DNA from: Blepharisma stoltei ATCC 30299
Taxonomy: Eukaryota; Protista; Ciliophora
DNA: 64,000 bases
Assembly: GCA_965603825.1 (NCBI GenBank)
Contig: CBFDEM010000028.1
Coordinates: 310,001-374,000, forward strand
Direction: 5' to 3'
In this document: in pieces, positions 12,849 to 27,309 of the stretch
Numbering within the stretch: the first letter of the stretch is position 1
How the letters are laid out: every line of letters begins with the position of its first letter
The notes under the pieces: model-generated
Databases searched by the model: none
What the model was told of the DNA's origin: nothing
Seen by the model: the letters and a program-made list of their open reading frames with translations, nothing else
Position numbers and translations under genes: made by a program

Positions 12849-13418
12849 TTACATATAAAATCTTGTTGATAAATTAAAACTAAGCTCTAGCCTAGAGCTT
12901 GATCTTATAGATTTTTTAGATGTATTACTTGCATACTCAAATCTAGGATTTGGAGTCAATCTTCTAGGGTATTTTTTTGTATCTCCAGTATCAATTACTG
13001 CGAATTTTATTAAAGCTGCAGGGTATTCTTTTCTGTATTTTTTATATCGTTTCACACATTTTGTTTTCAATTTTGACACATTTTCACACAAAATAGAAAA
13101 ATTTAAACCTTTTTTAACTGATTTTTTTGGTGGACTTGATTCTAAATCAGAATTTTGTTCAATTATTTTATTATTTTCTTTCAGATTTATAACGTAATCT
13201 TCGTCATCACTAATGTCAGTAGATGTGCAAGTTGAGGCTTCATTATGTTTAGATTTCATTATTTTGATTTCTCTATTATTGATGCTTGGTAAATGAACCT
13301 TTGATGTTTTTCGGTCAAACAGTGTAAACTTTTTAGTTTCCACTTGTGGAGAATTATTTTCTAGGCTTGGCTCAGATGGAACAAAAATTTTCTTTCTGAT
13401 AGGCAAAAATACTTTCAT
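12849..13418 (-). CDS. hypothetical basic protein
   Basis: 189-aa ORF, Lys/Ser-rich. Confidence 0.6.
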   Translation of the reverse strand: MKVFLPIRKKIFVPSEPSLENNSPQVETKKFTLFDRKTSKVHLPSINNREIKIMKSKHNEASTCTSTDISDDEDYVINLKENNKIIEQNSDLESSPPKKSVKKGLNFSILCENVSKLKTKCVKRYKKYRKEYPAALIKFAVIDTGDTKKYPRRLTPNPRFEYASNTSKKSIRSSSRLELSFNLSTRFYM

Positions 13419-13843
13419 ATTTAAATTGCTTTTGGATATTTTGGGTTAATTGAATTATCATAATAATTTAATGGAATATGATAGAAAATTTTCAATGGCA
13501 ATTTTATAATCATATGACCCTGAGCAATAAGCTTTACAGCTTATTATGCGAATGGTTAAAGAGATCTTCGTTTTAATCCCAGCCTCGATAATTTAGAGTC
13601 TGTTTCATGGCGAAGTACATTTAAATTAATACCACCATAAAATAATGCTTATCCAAAGCCTAAGAGCGCAGAGAAATCAACTAGTTTGTGTTTTTCCCCC
13701 TTATTATGTAAAGAATATTGCAGTCCATGATTTAATGCTTACGTTTAATTTACCATCTATCTGCTAGAATATTCTCTCTTATCCTTTATTATCCGAGTAA
13801 ATCCCCAGATTTCTTTAATCTTCATCTAATTTTATACTAATAA

Positions 13844-14785
13844 ATGGTGAACAAATTGATTTCAACCTTTGTCGTTCTGTTCGCATTGGCATCTTCTATG
13901 CCAGCTGATCTTGAAGTTAAGCAAATCTTAACCGGTGAGTATGACGGCTTCAAAACATTCATCAACAGTTTCATGGATGGCTACACCGGCACCACTTTCA
14001 ACCTCCCAGCTACCTGTTTCTCCCAAGACCAACAAAACACCCTCAATCAAAACATCGTTTCCCTATTTTTCAGCATCCTCCAATTCAAGAAAGCTGCAGT
14101 TGCTACCAACGCTAAAGCTTTCTTAGACAACTTTGCAACTTACAGCTATGGATGTGGACTCAATGAAATCACTGAAAACTGGGTTGCTGATATCAAAGCT
14201 AAAAGCGAATTCTGGATTCTTGCTAACTTTGTGGAATCAGAAAAAGAAATCGTTGCAGCCATGCATCAAGCCTATGTTTATCTTGGAGAAGAGAAATGGA
14301 GCCAAGCTGGTCAAAGCTTCGGAGTTGCTATGAGCCATATGGTCCCAGCACCAACTTCATCCTTACAATCAGGAAGACCAATGTACATGAACTTCTTTAA
14401 CGGGTTCTTACTTGGATTACAAAAGAATCCTTTAGTCCCATCAGCTTGCTATTTGGATTTAACTGACTTATTCCAATACACTGAAAATGTTGCCACTGAC
14501 ATTAAGCAGATGCTCGCCTTCAACATGATTGGCTTCGCAGCATTTTCTTCTGACTACGTCAGATTTGTCGAGAACGTTGGGTATGCTAATTCAGACTGCG
14601 ATTTCACCTACCTAGCTACTTTCTTAACAGAGAATGGCTTTGAAATTATCCTTAACAACTACCTTGCAAGCGGAAGCACCACTAAAACCTTATCTGAAAC
14701 CATTGCAGATTGCAGTTCTAACTATAATGAGTGTGGCCAAGCTGCTGGAACATTAGTTCAGACACTTCTTGGTTGGGGAATCTAA
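13844..14785 (+). CDS. secreted protein with two internally repeated Cys-containing helical domains
   Basis: Signal peptide MVNKLISTFVVLFALASS; repeats FINSFMDGY..C..C..QAGQSFG and FFNGFLLGL..C..C..ECGQAAG; C-ending codon bias suggests high expression. Confidence 0.85.
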   Translation: MVNKLISTFVVLFALASSMPADLEVKQILTGEYDGFKTFINSFMDGYTGTTFNLPATCFSQDQQNTLNQNIVSLFFSILQFKKAAVATNAKAFLDNFATYSYGCGLNEITENWVADIKAKSEFWILANFVESEKEIVAAMHQAYVYLGEEKWSQAGQSFGVAMSHMVPAPTSSLQSGRPMYMNFFNGFLLGLQKNPLVPSACYLDLTDLFQYTENVATDIKQMLAFNMIGFAAFSSDYVRFVENVGYANSDCDFTYLATFLTENGFEIILNNYLASGSTTKTLSETIADCSSNYNECGQAAGTLVQTLLGWGI

Positions 14786-14860
14786 CCTAATATATTCATT
14801 TATTAATTGGTTTCTAATTCATATCGCGGGATAATAAAAATTTAAAAGGGGTTATTATTT

Positions 14861-15457
14861 ATGAAAATTCATCAACAGCCTGAAACCAACCTTAGACAGC
14901 AGAAACTCGAAGAATTCTTCCACCAAGAAAAGCCAGCAAAATCTGAGGCTTCGATTTTGCCCAAAATTAGATGCTCGTCTAACCCAGATATAAATTATAT
15001 CTCCCCTCAGTCTCTAGCAGATCTTCTTGACAATAAAATTTCAATTGAAAAATATCTCGTAATTGATGCTCGCTATCCTTATGAATATGAAGGTGGGCAT
15101 ATACAGTCCGCAGTTAATATTTCTTCACCAGAAAATCTTTCTAGTATTCTAGAAGGCTCGAATTGGGAAAATACTCCTATCATAATCCACTGTGAATTTT
15201 CACAGCAGCGCGGCCCTGCTTTGTATCGCTGGCTTAGAAACTCAGACAGGCTTCAAAACATGGAAAACTATCCTGCCTTGTCGTATCCTGAGCTTTATAT
15301 CCTTCAAGGTGGATATTCTGAGTTCTTCAAATTATTTGAAAATTTCTGCACGCCTCAAAGCTATGTTACTATGAAAGACCCGCTTCACAAACATGATAGG
15401 AAAAAGCTAAAATCCAAGACCTGTCAGCCAAGAAAAGCTTATTTAAGGTGTTCATAA
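14861..15457 (+). CDS. CDC25: Cdc25-family (M-phase inducer) phosphatase, catalytic domain
   Basis: 'IDARYPYEYEGGHI', 'HCEFSQQRGP' (HCX5R), 'YPELYILQGGYSEF'. Confidence 0.95.
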   Translation: MKIHQQPETNLRQQKLEEFFHQEKPAKSEASILPKIRCSSNPDINYISPQSLADLLDNKISIEKYLVIDARYPYEYEGGHIQSAVNISSPENLSSILEGSNWENTPIIIHCEFSQQRGPALYRWLRNSDRLQNMENYPALSYPELYILQGGYSEFFKLFENFCTPQSYVTMKDPLHKHDRKKLKSKTCQPRKAYLRCS

Positions 15458-15859
15458 ATTATCTAAATCATTATTTTAATAAATAATAATATACTGATTA
15501 TGATAATGCAAAAACTTGATCCAGGACTATCGCCACCTAGCATAAATATGAGCATTTTTTATACAATTACTAGCTATAAACCCAATGGCTAAGATCTTAA
15601 TAAAGTGCTTTTTTGATAGGTTTTTTGACTATAGAAATAATTAGCAAATTAAGCTGATTCTTATCATATATAATATATGAACTTGAAATATTATAATAAT
15701 ATGTTCTATTGTCTTAAACTCAAAGAGGGTAGTAATGTTTTTCATAATTAAAAAATAATTTCTATTATTAAATAAAAATACCAATTCAATAAAAAACTCA
15801 TAAGAGAATAATTTAATATTTTTTCAATATCCCCCATTGGAAAATTTATAAAAATAAAA

Positions 15860-16906
15860 ATGGACCCAAGAGAAATTGGCTTATGTGCATTATTTTGTGG
15901 TGTTGAACATGTAAGCGAAGCCGTCAAAAGAAATCGCCTTGAAGTTGAAGCTTTTACTTCCCTAATTACTTATGAGTCTTCTCCATGCTTCGAAAAGCTT
16001 AGAACTACCTTGATAGATGTTGTAACAAGCATAGGTGAAGAAAAAACAAGTGCAATGCTATCAATTTCTCCTGAAGCTTTAAAGATCATAACCACTCAGA
16101 AGTTAAATAACTCAAAAAACAATTCTACAAAGCAAGCTACTCCCAAAAAAAATATTCATGCACCCAAGCCACCAAGCATTGACTATTCAAATACAGAATC
16201 TCTTAAAGACCGAATTGTTAGGCTCTATAATGCTGGTGTCAGAATAAAATGTATTCAAGGATTATATGACTTACAAAGCCCAGGCCTTATACATAGTCTT
16301 TGCAATTGGACTCGTTGTGATGCCGAAACCGTTGAAAAGCTTAAAAATAAGCGTCAAGAAATACTTAATTTGAGAAATGAGGGAAAAACTGATGAAGAAA
16401 TAATCGCACAACTGAAAATTGCCCATCAAAAACTTAAAGAAATTGCAGGCGATTTTAATCGAACAAAATTATTCTTTACCAAACAAGATATAGAAGATGC
16501 TAAAGACCTTGCAAAAATTCTAAAAAATAGAGATAAAGCTGCAAGAGAATTAGGAATTTCAGGCGTGATTTTTAGGAAATGAATCGATGGGAAAATTGAA
16601 ACTTTGTGGGAAACTGAAAATGGGGAGGAGCCTCTCAAAAAGTTAGCATTGCTAGAGAATTATTTTATTATGAAAAATGTCGAAAAAGCTGCTAAAAGTG
16701 CAAATGTGGATTTATTGAGAGCTGGGAGATGAATAAAACAATTTGAAAAAAAAATGACAGAACTGAATGAAAAATTATTTAAAAGGCCTAGGAGAAAACA
16801 TACTGAAGAAGGAGGAGTTGAAAATGAAGATGGGGAGCCAGAAAAAAAGCAAAAAATCGAAGAAAATACTCCGAGTGATTGTACTGAAGATGACAGTGAG
16901 TCATAG
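15860..16906 (+). CDS. multi-helix-turn-helix putative DNA-binding protein, paralog A
   Basis: Open to TAG 16904-16906 when TGA 16580 and 16730 are read as Trp; HTH-like 'DKAARELGISGVIFRKW'; co-linear with paralog B. Confidence 0.8.
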
Positions 16907-17037
16907 CTTTTATTATATTAATATTATATTTAAATCTCTATCAAATAATTGAATTTATGAAGAGTTTTAATTACCTGTAGAAAAAGCTTCTAAACAAAGT
17001 ATTTATATATTTTTATTAATTAGTAAAATATCATTGT

Positions 17038-18141
17038 CTACTCAGCTTTTTTAAGTTTTTTCTTAATCTCTTCTTCCATTTCTTCATCTTTCTGTGTCTT
17101 CCTTCCTTCCTCATTCATTTTAGCCTCAAACTGTTTTACTCATTTCGAAACCTTCAGCACATCAACATTTCCAACCTTTGCCGCTTTATCAACGCTCTTT
17201 GTTAAAAAGTAAGTTTCCAATGAATTTAATATTGTGAGTGGATCAACTCCATCCTTATCATCAAACACAGTCTTTATCCTTCCTTTTTCATTTTTATAAA
17301 TCCACTCATCCAACGTTGACACAGAAATCCCTAGTTTTTTTGCCGTTTTGTCTTTATTTTTTAGAACGCGATAAAAGTCTAGGGCTTGTTTAATATCTTT
17401 TGCTGTGAAAATCAACTTTATTCTGCTCGGCAAAACACCCAATACTTCGTTTAGTTTATAAACCTTGATGTTTAACTCTGTAGCAATCTCAGCCTCTGTT
17501 TTGCCTTCTTGCTTTAATATTAACGCCCTTTCTTTAATTTTTCTGCATTTTTCTGCAACGTCTGGCTCAGATCTTTCTCATAGGCCTCAGCTGTGGATTA
17601 TGTTTAAGTTGCGGATGTCATACAAGTTTTGGATAACTCTTGTTCTTACTCCATTAGCATAAAGTCTGATGACCCTAGCTTTTAAATCATTAATGCAATT
17701 ATACTCGCCCAGCTCTTTGTACTCTTCTTCAGTGCTTTTATGGTTTTCTTGAGAATTTTGGCTGGCGATCCTTATACTTGGCTGCTCTTTTGAGCTTGGT
17801 TTTTTATTTTCTTCGGGATTTCTACTTTTTTCTTTGGAGCGGTAGCTTGGAGGAGATGGAGGGGAAGATTCACGAGTTTTGCTTTTTGGGGCTTCTTCAT
17901 CTTCTAAAATAATCATAGAAAGGACTTTTTCTGGCATTTGAAGCATTTCGCTGCATTGTTTCAAACCTATATCTGATACGACCTCTTGGAGTGTTTGTCG
18001 GAGCTTTGCGAAACAAGGGGCCGACTCATATGAGACTAATGAGACATAAGCTTCGACTTCTTCTGGGTCACGGTTCATTAGCTTGCTTACTGAGTTAACA
18101 CCTCTAAATAAGGCACACATTCCAATATCTCTAGGTCTCAT
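17038..18141 (-). CDS. multi-helix-turn-helix putative DNA-binding protein, paralog B
   Basis: Open via TGA 17587 and 17140; 'EAEIATELNIKVYKL', 'DKTAKKLGISVSTLDEW'. Confidence 0.8.
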
Positions 18142-18255
18142 ATTAATTTTATTAAGACCCCTGAAATTTATTCATTTTTAAAAAATTTATGAGCCTTCAA
18201 CAATTAATGTAGTTTTGTTTTAACTTATACCTATAGGTTACCAGTATATAACAAC

Positions 18256-19803
18256 TTATAATTTTTCTGTCAAATAATCTTTAAGTTCCGCAAACGTGAT
18301 GACTCCATCTCCATTTGTATCAGCCTCATCTAAGAATTTCTTCCATTCAGAGTCTTCTATTCCAGGGATCCCTGCTTTCAGCTCGTCAAGTGACAATTTT
18401 CCATCTCCGCTTGTGTCATACATTTTAAAGGCTTGTTTTAGCTGAGTTTGATTAATCATAAAATTCCATTCAGTCGTCGCAGTTACGAACTCTGTGAAAT
18501 CAATATATCCGCTATGATCAGTATCGCAATTCTTCATAATAGCTTCAATATCCGCAGGAGATGTCAACCCTAATTCTAAGTATCCTTCAATTAATTCTTC
18601 TTCAGATAATTTTCCATCTCCATTTTTATCTATCCTTTTGAAAATTTTAATTAACTCTTTTTCATCTTTTGCAGTAAAAATTTGGCTTGTTATAAAAGTT
18701 TTAATTGATTTGGCTATTTTTGATTGATTCTATATAAAGCTTACCCTAAATTTCCCTAAATTTGATAATGCTTCGGTAGAAATCGGATTGGCTTCTGCTT
18801 CATTGCTCAAGTATTTCTCCACCCACGGGTGATTTAATACATCTTGTGCACTTAGCCTTTTTTTTGGGTCCACAGTCAGCATTTTTCTTACTAAATCTTT
18901 CAAGTCATCAGAAGCATTTTCCCAGGCTCCTTTCGTCAAAGAAAACTGTCCCTTTTTTATCAATTTAATATAATCTTTATCATTATCAGCATAAAATGGA
19001 GGTTTTCCACCTATATAATTTTTACATATCATAACATAAAGAATAATCCCAGCACTCCAAATATCGCATTTCTCATCATGTGGCCTATCAAATACCTCTG
19101 GAGCCATATAATAAAGTGTTCCATTTGCTGATGTCAATTTTGCTCCCGGATTAAGTCTTTGTGAAATCCCAAAATCAATGACTTTCAAATTAGCATCTCT
19201 TTGAGAAGATTCTAATAATAAATTTTCTGGCTTTAAATCCCTATGAACAATTTCATTTGTGTGGCAGTAATTTATTGCAGTCATCATATCAATAAAATAT
19301 CTTGCTGCTATTTTTTCGTTAAATCCTTGAGTTTCGATGATTTTATCAAACAATTCCCCCCCAGATAAATACTCTGAAACTATATAATAGCTTTTTCGAG
19401 ACTCTATTACTTCATAAATCTTCATAATATTAGGATGATCCAATTCGCGTAGAATTTGAACTTCCTCAAGCATTTGTTCATTTGTGGATTTATCCAGCTT
19501 ATCTTTTGGTATCTCTTTAATAGCACGCCTGAGACCAGATCTCTTATCCTTTGCACTATAAACAATTCCGAAGCCTCCTGTTCCTATTTCTCTGATATTT
19601 TCATAAAATTGATTAATATCCCCACTCTTTGTTCGGATAAAGTTTCCTTTACGTATGGCCATAGAAGAATGGCGATTAGGGTTTCTTCGATTAATTTCCT
19701 GGGGCTGATAAGTAGCGCTACTTTTTTCAGTATCACTAGAAGTATTTAAATCCTTTTTTTGTTTCTGAGGAGTTTCTTCAAGTCTCGATCCACAGCAGCC
19801 CAT
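18256..19803 (-). CDS. CDPK: calcium-dependent protein kinase (kinase + 4 EF hands)
   Basis: MGCCGS acylation motif, GTGGFG, HRDLKPEN, DFG; EF hands DKNGDG, DTDHSG, DTSGDG, DTNGDG; introns 19011-19025 and 18730-18744. Confidence 0.96.
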
Positions 19804-20036
19804 TTATTTAAATAAAGAGATTTAACACCATTGCCTTAATTCAGGAATTTTCAAATAAATTTGAAAAATATGTAAGGTCAATAAATCATTTTCACTATAT
19901 ATATACATTAGATAATTATTGTTATTTATGAAATATGGAAATTCCTTCAAAAATGTATTGAAGCATTCTACTGCTTCAAAAGCTTGGTGATTGTATGGCT
20001 TTGCAGCCCAATCCCTACTTTTAGGCTAAATAGTTT

Positions 20037-21613
<1,577 letters not shown>

Positions 21614-22101
21614 CTTTGAATTAATTGATGAAAAATAGAAATAAGTTGTATAAATATCTTCCGAAATTAAAAATCCTCAAAATTATTTATATATAGTCAC
21701 ACATTTTAATCATCTTTAAAACAATAAAGACAATTGATATTTATAAAATTATAGAAAATATTTTGCTAATTTGTCTTAGCTCGCATAATTTATGTCTAAA
21801 TTTTATTTTTCTTCCTTAAAATTTTCAATAATGCAAAAAATGCTTAATAAATTTAGTTTTAAATTATCCAAAAATCCTTTCGGCTGGATAATTTTCTTAT
21901 ATCAATATCAGATTGTTATAAGCTTTCTGCTCCATTTTTTATATAAAGTAGCCTCCCGAGTCATTTTCATCATCGTGATTATTATCCTTATTTTTTAAAA
22001 TTTCTCATAAAGTGCTTTGTTGTATAGAAAAAAAAACTTATCGAAAATCAGTAATTAATTCCATTTAAAATTTAATTAGCTACAACAATTAATTTGCAAC
22101 A

Positions 22102-23172
22102 ATGGTAAAAACTCGCTCAAATCAGACTGCAAATAAAAAAAGCGCAAAACCTGCGGTAAGGAAAGGAAGTAAAACTAAAGAGAAGAAATTAGCAAAAGAA
22201 AACCTATCGGTAAGCAATGTTGATTTCGACCCAAAGTATAAACTATTTGAAGCAGCTACAAAAGGCATTGCTAGCGATATTGAAAAAGGAAACATTTTTC
22301 TTGACCAGTTAGAGCAGCTTTCATGAACATACCCTGTGCTGAAACGAACGCCTTGCCCATTTCAAAATTGTCCAAAGTGCTCGCAACTTTATGACACAAA
22401 AGATAAGCTTCCGATTTGCCTGCCTTGTGGACATACTTTTTGTAATAACTGCATAAAGAAATGTTTAATAACCCCAGGCCGAGGTTTGTGTCCATTAGAC
22501 AATAAAGAATTTTTTTCTCTTATCGATTTCCTGCCAGTAAATTTCGCACTTATAGTTGACATTGAAGAAGTGCCACAGCGCTGCTCGATTCATCGGCTTA
22601 TTTTGATAGGGTATTGCCGTGACTGCAGCAAATTGATATGTGGTAGATGCATGTTTGATCATAAAACTCACAATTGTTTTGATGTAGATTCGGATGAAGC
22701 GCTAAAGAAAGCTGATTATAACTACGAATTGATTGCTAATTTAGAAGCAAGCTTAATAAAACAAAAGAATATTTGGGCTGAAGAGTTCGAAATGATGAAG
22801 GTTTACTTAGGCTTGATTGAGCAATTTATAAAAAAGTATGACGATGAAAAAATGCTTAAGGATAAACTTGCTATGGATATGGGACTTAATGATGACAGAA
22901 TCATTAAACTGGTTATCGATCTTAGGCATCTTTTAAATGGAGAATTAAGAGCATTAATGAACAAAATTGCAGAGTGCCTGGCTAAACATGTAGGAATTTT
23001 AGCAGATTTGAAAGCAAACTTTAAACAGATGACACTGCTTGATAGACTTTGCTTATGCTTGGAACATAATTTCGATTTAAATGCTCAGCCAAGTTCTATC
23101 AGTGCTGTAGAGAGATTATATAACGCACTTGAGACTGTAGAAAAATTAAAAGATCCAAATAATCAAAATTAA
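22102..23172 (+). CDS. RING finger + B-box (TRIM-like) protein
   Basis: CPKC..LPCGHTFCNNC..CPLD RING; CSIH..YCRDC..ICGRC..DHKTH B-box; joined through TGA(Trp) 22324. Confidence 0.88.
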
Positions 23173-23305
23173 ATAATTTTGATACATAAGATATATTATT
23201 TTAAATCAATAACTCCCTTTAAGTCAACAAATTTTCTTCCCTCTTTATGGAACGAATAAAAACTCTAGATATTTTTTATTCAATTTTCATTTACCATTAA
23301 TTATA

Positions 23306-26215
23306 ATGCTAAGTCGCTCCGCCTTAAAAATCCTTCAGAAAGGCAGAAGATTCATTTCAGACTCTTTTACGTCAGGAACAAATGCGTGGTATATGGAAAA
23401 TCTCTTTGACCAATACAAGCAAAATCCAGAGTCAGTCCACGCCTCCTGACGAGCTTATTTCAAAGGTTTAGAAACTGGGCAAGAAGAACCATATACAGCT
23501 CCATCCTCGCTTTCTCCTGCAGCGTCTCTTACTGCCTCAACACCTATCAGCTCTAACTATATACGTGACGCTCACAAAGCTGTGCTACTACTTCAATCTT
23601 TCCAGCGTTATGGGTACATGCTGGCTGACCTCGACCCTCTGAATCTAACCTTAAATGTCAATCGCCATCTGGCTGACGTCAGAATTCCAGGACCAATCCG
23701 CCTGGAAAACTACAAATTCACTGAAAGTGACATGGACAAAGAATTCGATATCGGCAGCTCCTTGATTTCAGGGTTTTTGTCCTCATCAGGGCCATGGGCT
23801 GGGAAGTGGAAGCTGAGAAACATCATTGACATGTGTAAAAAAGTCTACTGTGGAAAAATAGGCTTTGAATATATGCACATCCCATTCAGAGATGAGTGCA
23901 ATTGGGTTAGATCCAACGTAGAAAAAGAGACTTTGTTTAGCTACTCTGCAAAGGAAAAAAAAGAGCTTCATTATAAAGTTGCTAAAGCGCAGATGCTAGA
24001 AGAGTTTTTCCATAAGAAATTTTCTACTCATAAGAGGTTTGGCATGGATGGGCTAGAAGGAGCAATCTTGGCTGTTGAAGCTGTAATAGAAAGAGCTGCA
24101 GAACATGGAGTAACGGATTTTGTGATTGGAATGCCCCACAGAGGAAGGCTAAATGTGATGGCAAATGTATTGTTCATGAATTTGGAAGAAATGTTTGGGC
24201 TGTTTTTCGGGACTGGGTATAAAGATGTAGATGAAGGAGATGTAAAGTACCATTTGGGACAAACTGTGGAGAGAGAAATTAATGGGAAAAAAGTTACTAT
24301 TAGACTATTAGCAAACCCTTCACATTTAGAAGCAGTTGACCCAGTTGCAGTCGGACTTACAAGAGCTATTCAAAACACCAGACTAAGCAGAAAAAGCGCT
24401 ATGTGCATTATGATCCATGGAGATGCTGCGCTATCTGGCCAAGGTGTAGTATATGAAACTCTACAGTTTGAAGATTTGCATGATTACAGCACTGGTGGAG
24501 TTGTACATTTGGTGTTCAATAATAATATCGGGTTTACTACTGTTCCCAAGGATTCAAGATCAGGGCTGTTTCCAACAGAAGTCGCAAAATCTATTGCAGC
24601 ACCTATTTTCCATGTGAACGCAGATTTTCCAGAAGAAATTGATTATGTGTCAAGATTAGCTTCAGATTGGAGAAATGAGTTTAGAAAATCAGTCTTCGTA
24701 GATGTGATAGGTTATCGTCGATATGGGCATAATGAACTAGATGAGCCTAATTTCACCAACCCAAAAATGTACCAGCTTATCAAAGATCATACCCCAGTCC
24801 TCCAGCTCTATACAAAGAGGCTAGTAGAAGAAGGAGTTTATACCCCAGAGCAAGCAGCAGCAGTCCTTAAAGGGATTAATGATATCCACGAAAAAAGCTT
24901 CGTTGAGGCAAAAAAAAGTGCAGAGTCTTTCGTCCACAAGCCTTATACACTCGAGAAAAAAGAACAAAAGGCTAAAAGTGACCCGAATAGAACAGGTGTA
25001 AAAGAAGACATTTTGAAAGAATTAGGAACCAAAGTAAACACACTTCCATCAGATTTAAAGCCTCATCCACAGGTCGCAAAGCTCTACAAAAATAGGCTCA
25101 ACGCTATAGAAAAAGGCGCAGGCATTGATTGGTCCACTGCTGAAGCTTTGGCATGGGCCACTATTCTTACATGTGAAAAATTCCCAGTCAGAATTAGTGG
25201 ACAAGACGTAGAACGTGGCACTTTTTCTCAGAGGCATTCCATAGTCCACGATCAACAAGAAGATCGTAAAAAATATTGTCCATTGAGCCATTTAGAAACA
25301 AGCCAAGCTGTCTTTAACGCGACAAATTCCCATCTCTCTGAATTTGGTGTCCTGGGCTTTGAATATGGCTATTCTATTGTCAACCCGAACTCCTTAATTA
25401 TGTGGGAAGCTCAGTTTGGAGACTTTGCCAATGGCGCCCAAATCATTATTGATCAGTTCCTTACAAGTGGAGAGGCTAAGTGGGGCCAAGAATCCGGGCT
25501 TGTTCTTTTGCTTCCCCACGGCTATGACGGACAAGGTGCTGAGCATTCTTGTGCAAGACTTGGCCGTTTCTTGCAGCTTTCCTCAGAATACCCATATGCG
25601 ATCCCTGAAAACTTCTTAAAAGACCGTAAAGAAAACTTTTTCCATAATATTCAAGTCGTAGTCCCATCAACACCTGCCAATTATTTCCACTTTTTGAGGA
25701 GACAAATTAAGCGAGAGTTTAGGAAACCTTTAATTGTTATGTCACCTAAGCGTCTTTTGAGGCATAAAGAAGCAGTTTCAAATATAGGAGAGTTTTCTGA
25801 GGACAGAGTGAAGAGGGTATATGATGACTGGACACCTGAATTGACGACTCCAAGTAGCGTAAGAAAGGTATTACTGTGTTCTGGACAGCTCTATTATGAT
25901 TTGGTAGAAGAAAGGAAAAAGAGGAATATTAATGATATTGCCTTGGTCAGAGTGGAACAGATTTCACCTTTCCCATTCGATAAAGTCAAGTTCGTAGCTG
26001 ACAAATATGTAAACGCACAATTCCAATGGGTGCAAGAAGAACCTCTAAATCTTGGAGCTTGGCAATATGTTTGTCCAAGAATAAAAACTGCTATTGGAAG
26101 CAGAGGCGATGACTTAACTGCAGTTACTAGAAAACCATCAGCTGCAGCAGCTACTGGTTATTCTTCAGTTCATACAGCGGAGCTATTAGATTTATTAGAT
26201 AAAGCTATGCATTAA
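23306..26215 (+). CDS. OGDH: 2-oxoglutarate dehydrogenase E1 component, mitochondrial
   Basis: Presequence MLSRSALK; 'PESVHAS-W(TGA 23447)-RAYF'; GMPHRGRLN, NPSHLE, HGDAALSGQG, YRRYGHNE, SGQDVERGTFSQRH, WEAQFGDF. Confidence 0.98.
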
Positions 26216-26225
26216 AAATAGAAAA

Positions 26226-27167
26226 TTATTTATGACGTCTCAAAGCATTTTGGATAGTATTTATCCAAAGCATGCAAGTTGCTTCATCCTGGGCACTAAA
26301 CAACAGCCTCCGCTCTGCTGTGTATCATTCAATCTCTCTGGTGCTTCATGATATTCTTTCACAGACTCTGCTTTTTTTGCTGACATCAGACCTTTCAGAT
26401 CTCTCTGGAGATTCTACTCTCACAGGTCTCTTCATCAGTTTTCCGTCCTCTACACTTTGTTTTTGGTCATTGACGCTCGTTTTTTGTAACAAAATTTGGC
26501 TCATAGGGTCTTCATCAGCATGTCTTGAGAGCTCAGTCATTTGGTCTTCATCTGTTAAAAATATTTCAAATTGATACAAGTTGTTGGATTTTTTAAGCTT
26601 CTGCTGTTTTTCTGGGACTTTAAATCTGGCCCGCTTCACATCTTTTATTTGCGCTAATGGGACTAAGCATAAAGGCTTATCAAACCAACATTGGGCTGAG
26701 TATTGATTTTTGAAATACATAAATTCAAAATAAGTGACTTGGCATCATCGAGATATAAATTGATGGGAAATACCAGGGCGATATCTCATAAGTTCACCTT
26801 CTAATAAAACATCTTCAGAACTCCAGACTGTTGCAAAATCAGTTGGAAATTTTGATGTGTATTTTATAGCTTGCTCATATGGCATTCTTTGGGAAGCTTC
26901 TTTATGAGGAGATGGAGGCCGAAGATTAAGAAAGTCAGGCTTGTTATGATTTTCTGTAATTTCTGGAGATGAAAAATATTTTGAATCAGATTGCATCGTT
27001 GAGTTGATTTTTTGTGTTTGATTGTTTTTAGTTGATGCTTTTTTAGCGAAGGATGTATCGTCTTCTTCTAGAATCTAGCTGAAAATTACTTTTAAAGTGA
27101 TTTGCGAGACATCAAGAGTGGCTTCGTTTGACTTGTTGCCACATTGACACTTTCAGGTGCAGCCCAT
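26226..27167 (-). CDS. PH-domain-like protein with N-terminal acylation motif
   Basis: MGCT-W-KCQC start; intron 27075-27089; 'LLEGELMRYRPG..FISR-W-CQVT..FMYFK'; C-terminal 'LLFSAQDEATCMLWINTI'; several TGA(Trp). Confidence 0.75.
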
Positions 27168-27309
27168 TTATCTAGCTGTTAATGTGTTATAAGGAGAATA
27201 AGATTAATATTTTAGCTTGATTTAAAGCTATTATGACAAAAACTTTGTTTTAAGCCAATTTATAATAAATTCTATTAAAATGACTGAATCCTACTAATTC
27301 ATATTTTGA

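Noticed and set aside
15860-18141. Intact DNA transposon with inverted repeats
   Set aside because: No DDE domain, terminal inverted repeats or target-site duplication seen; similarity is at the protein level.
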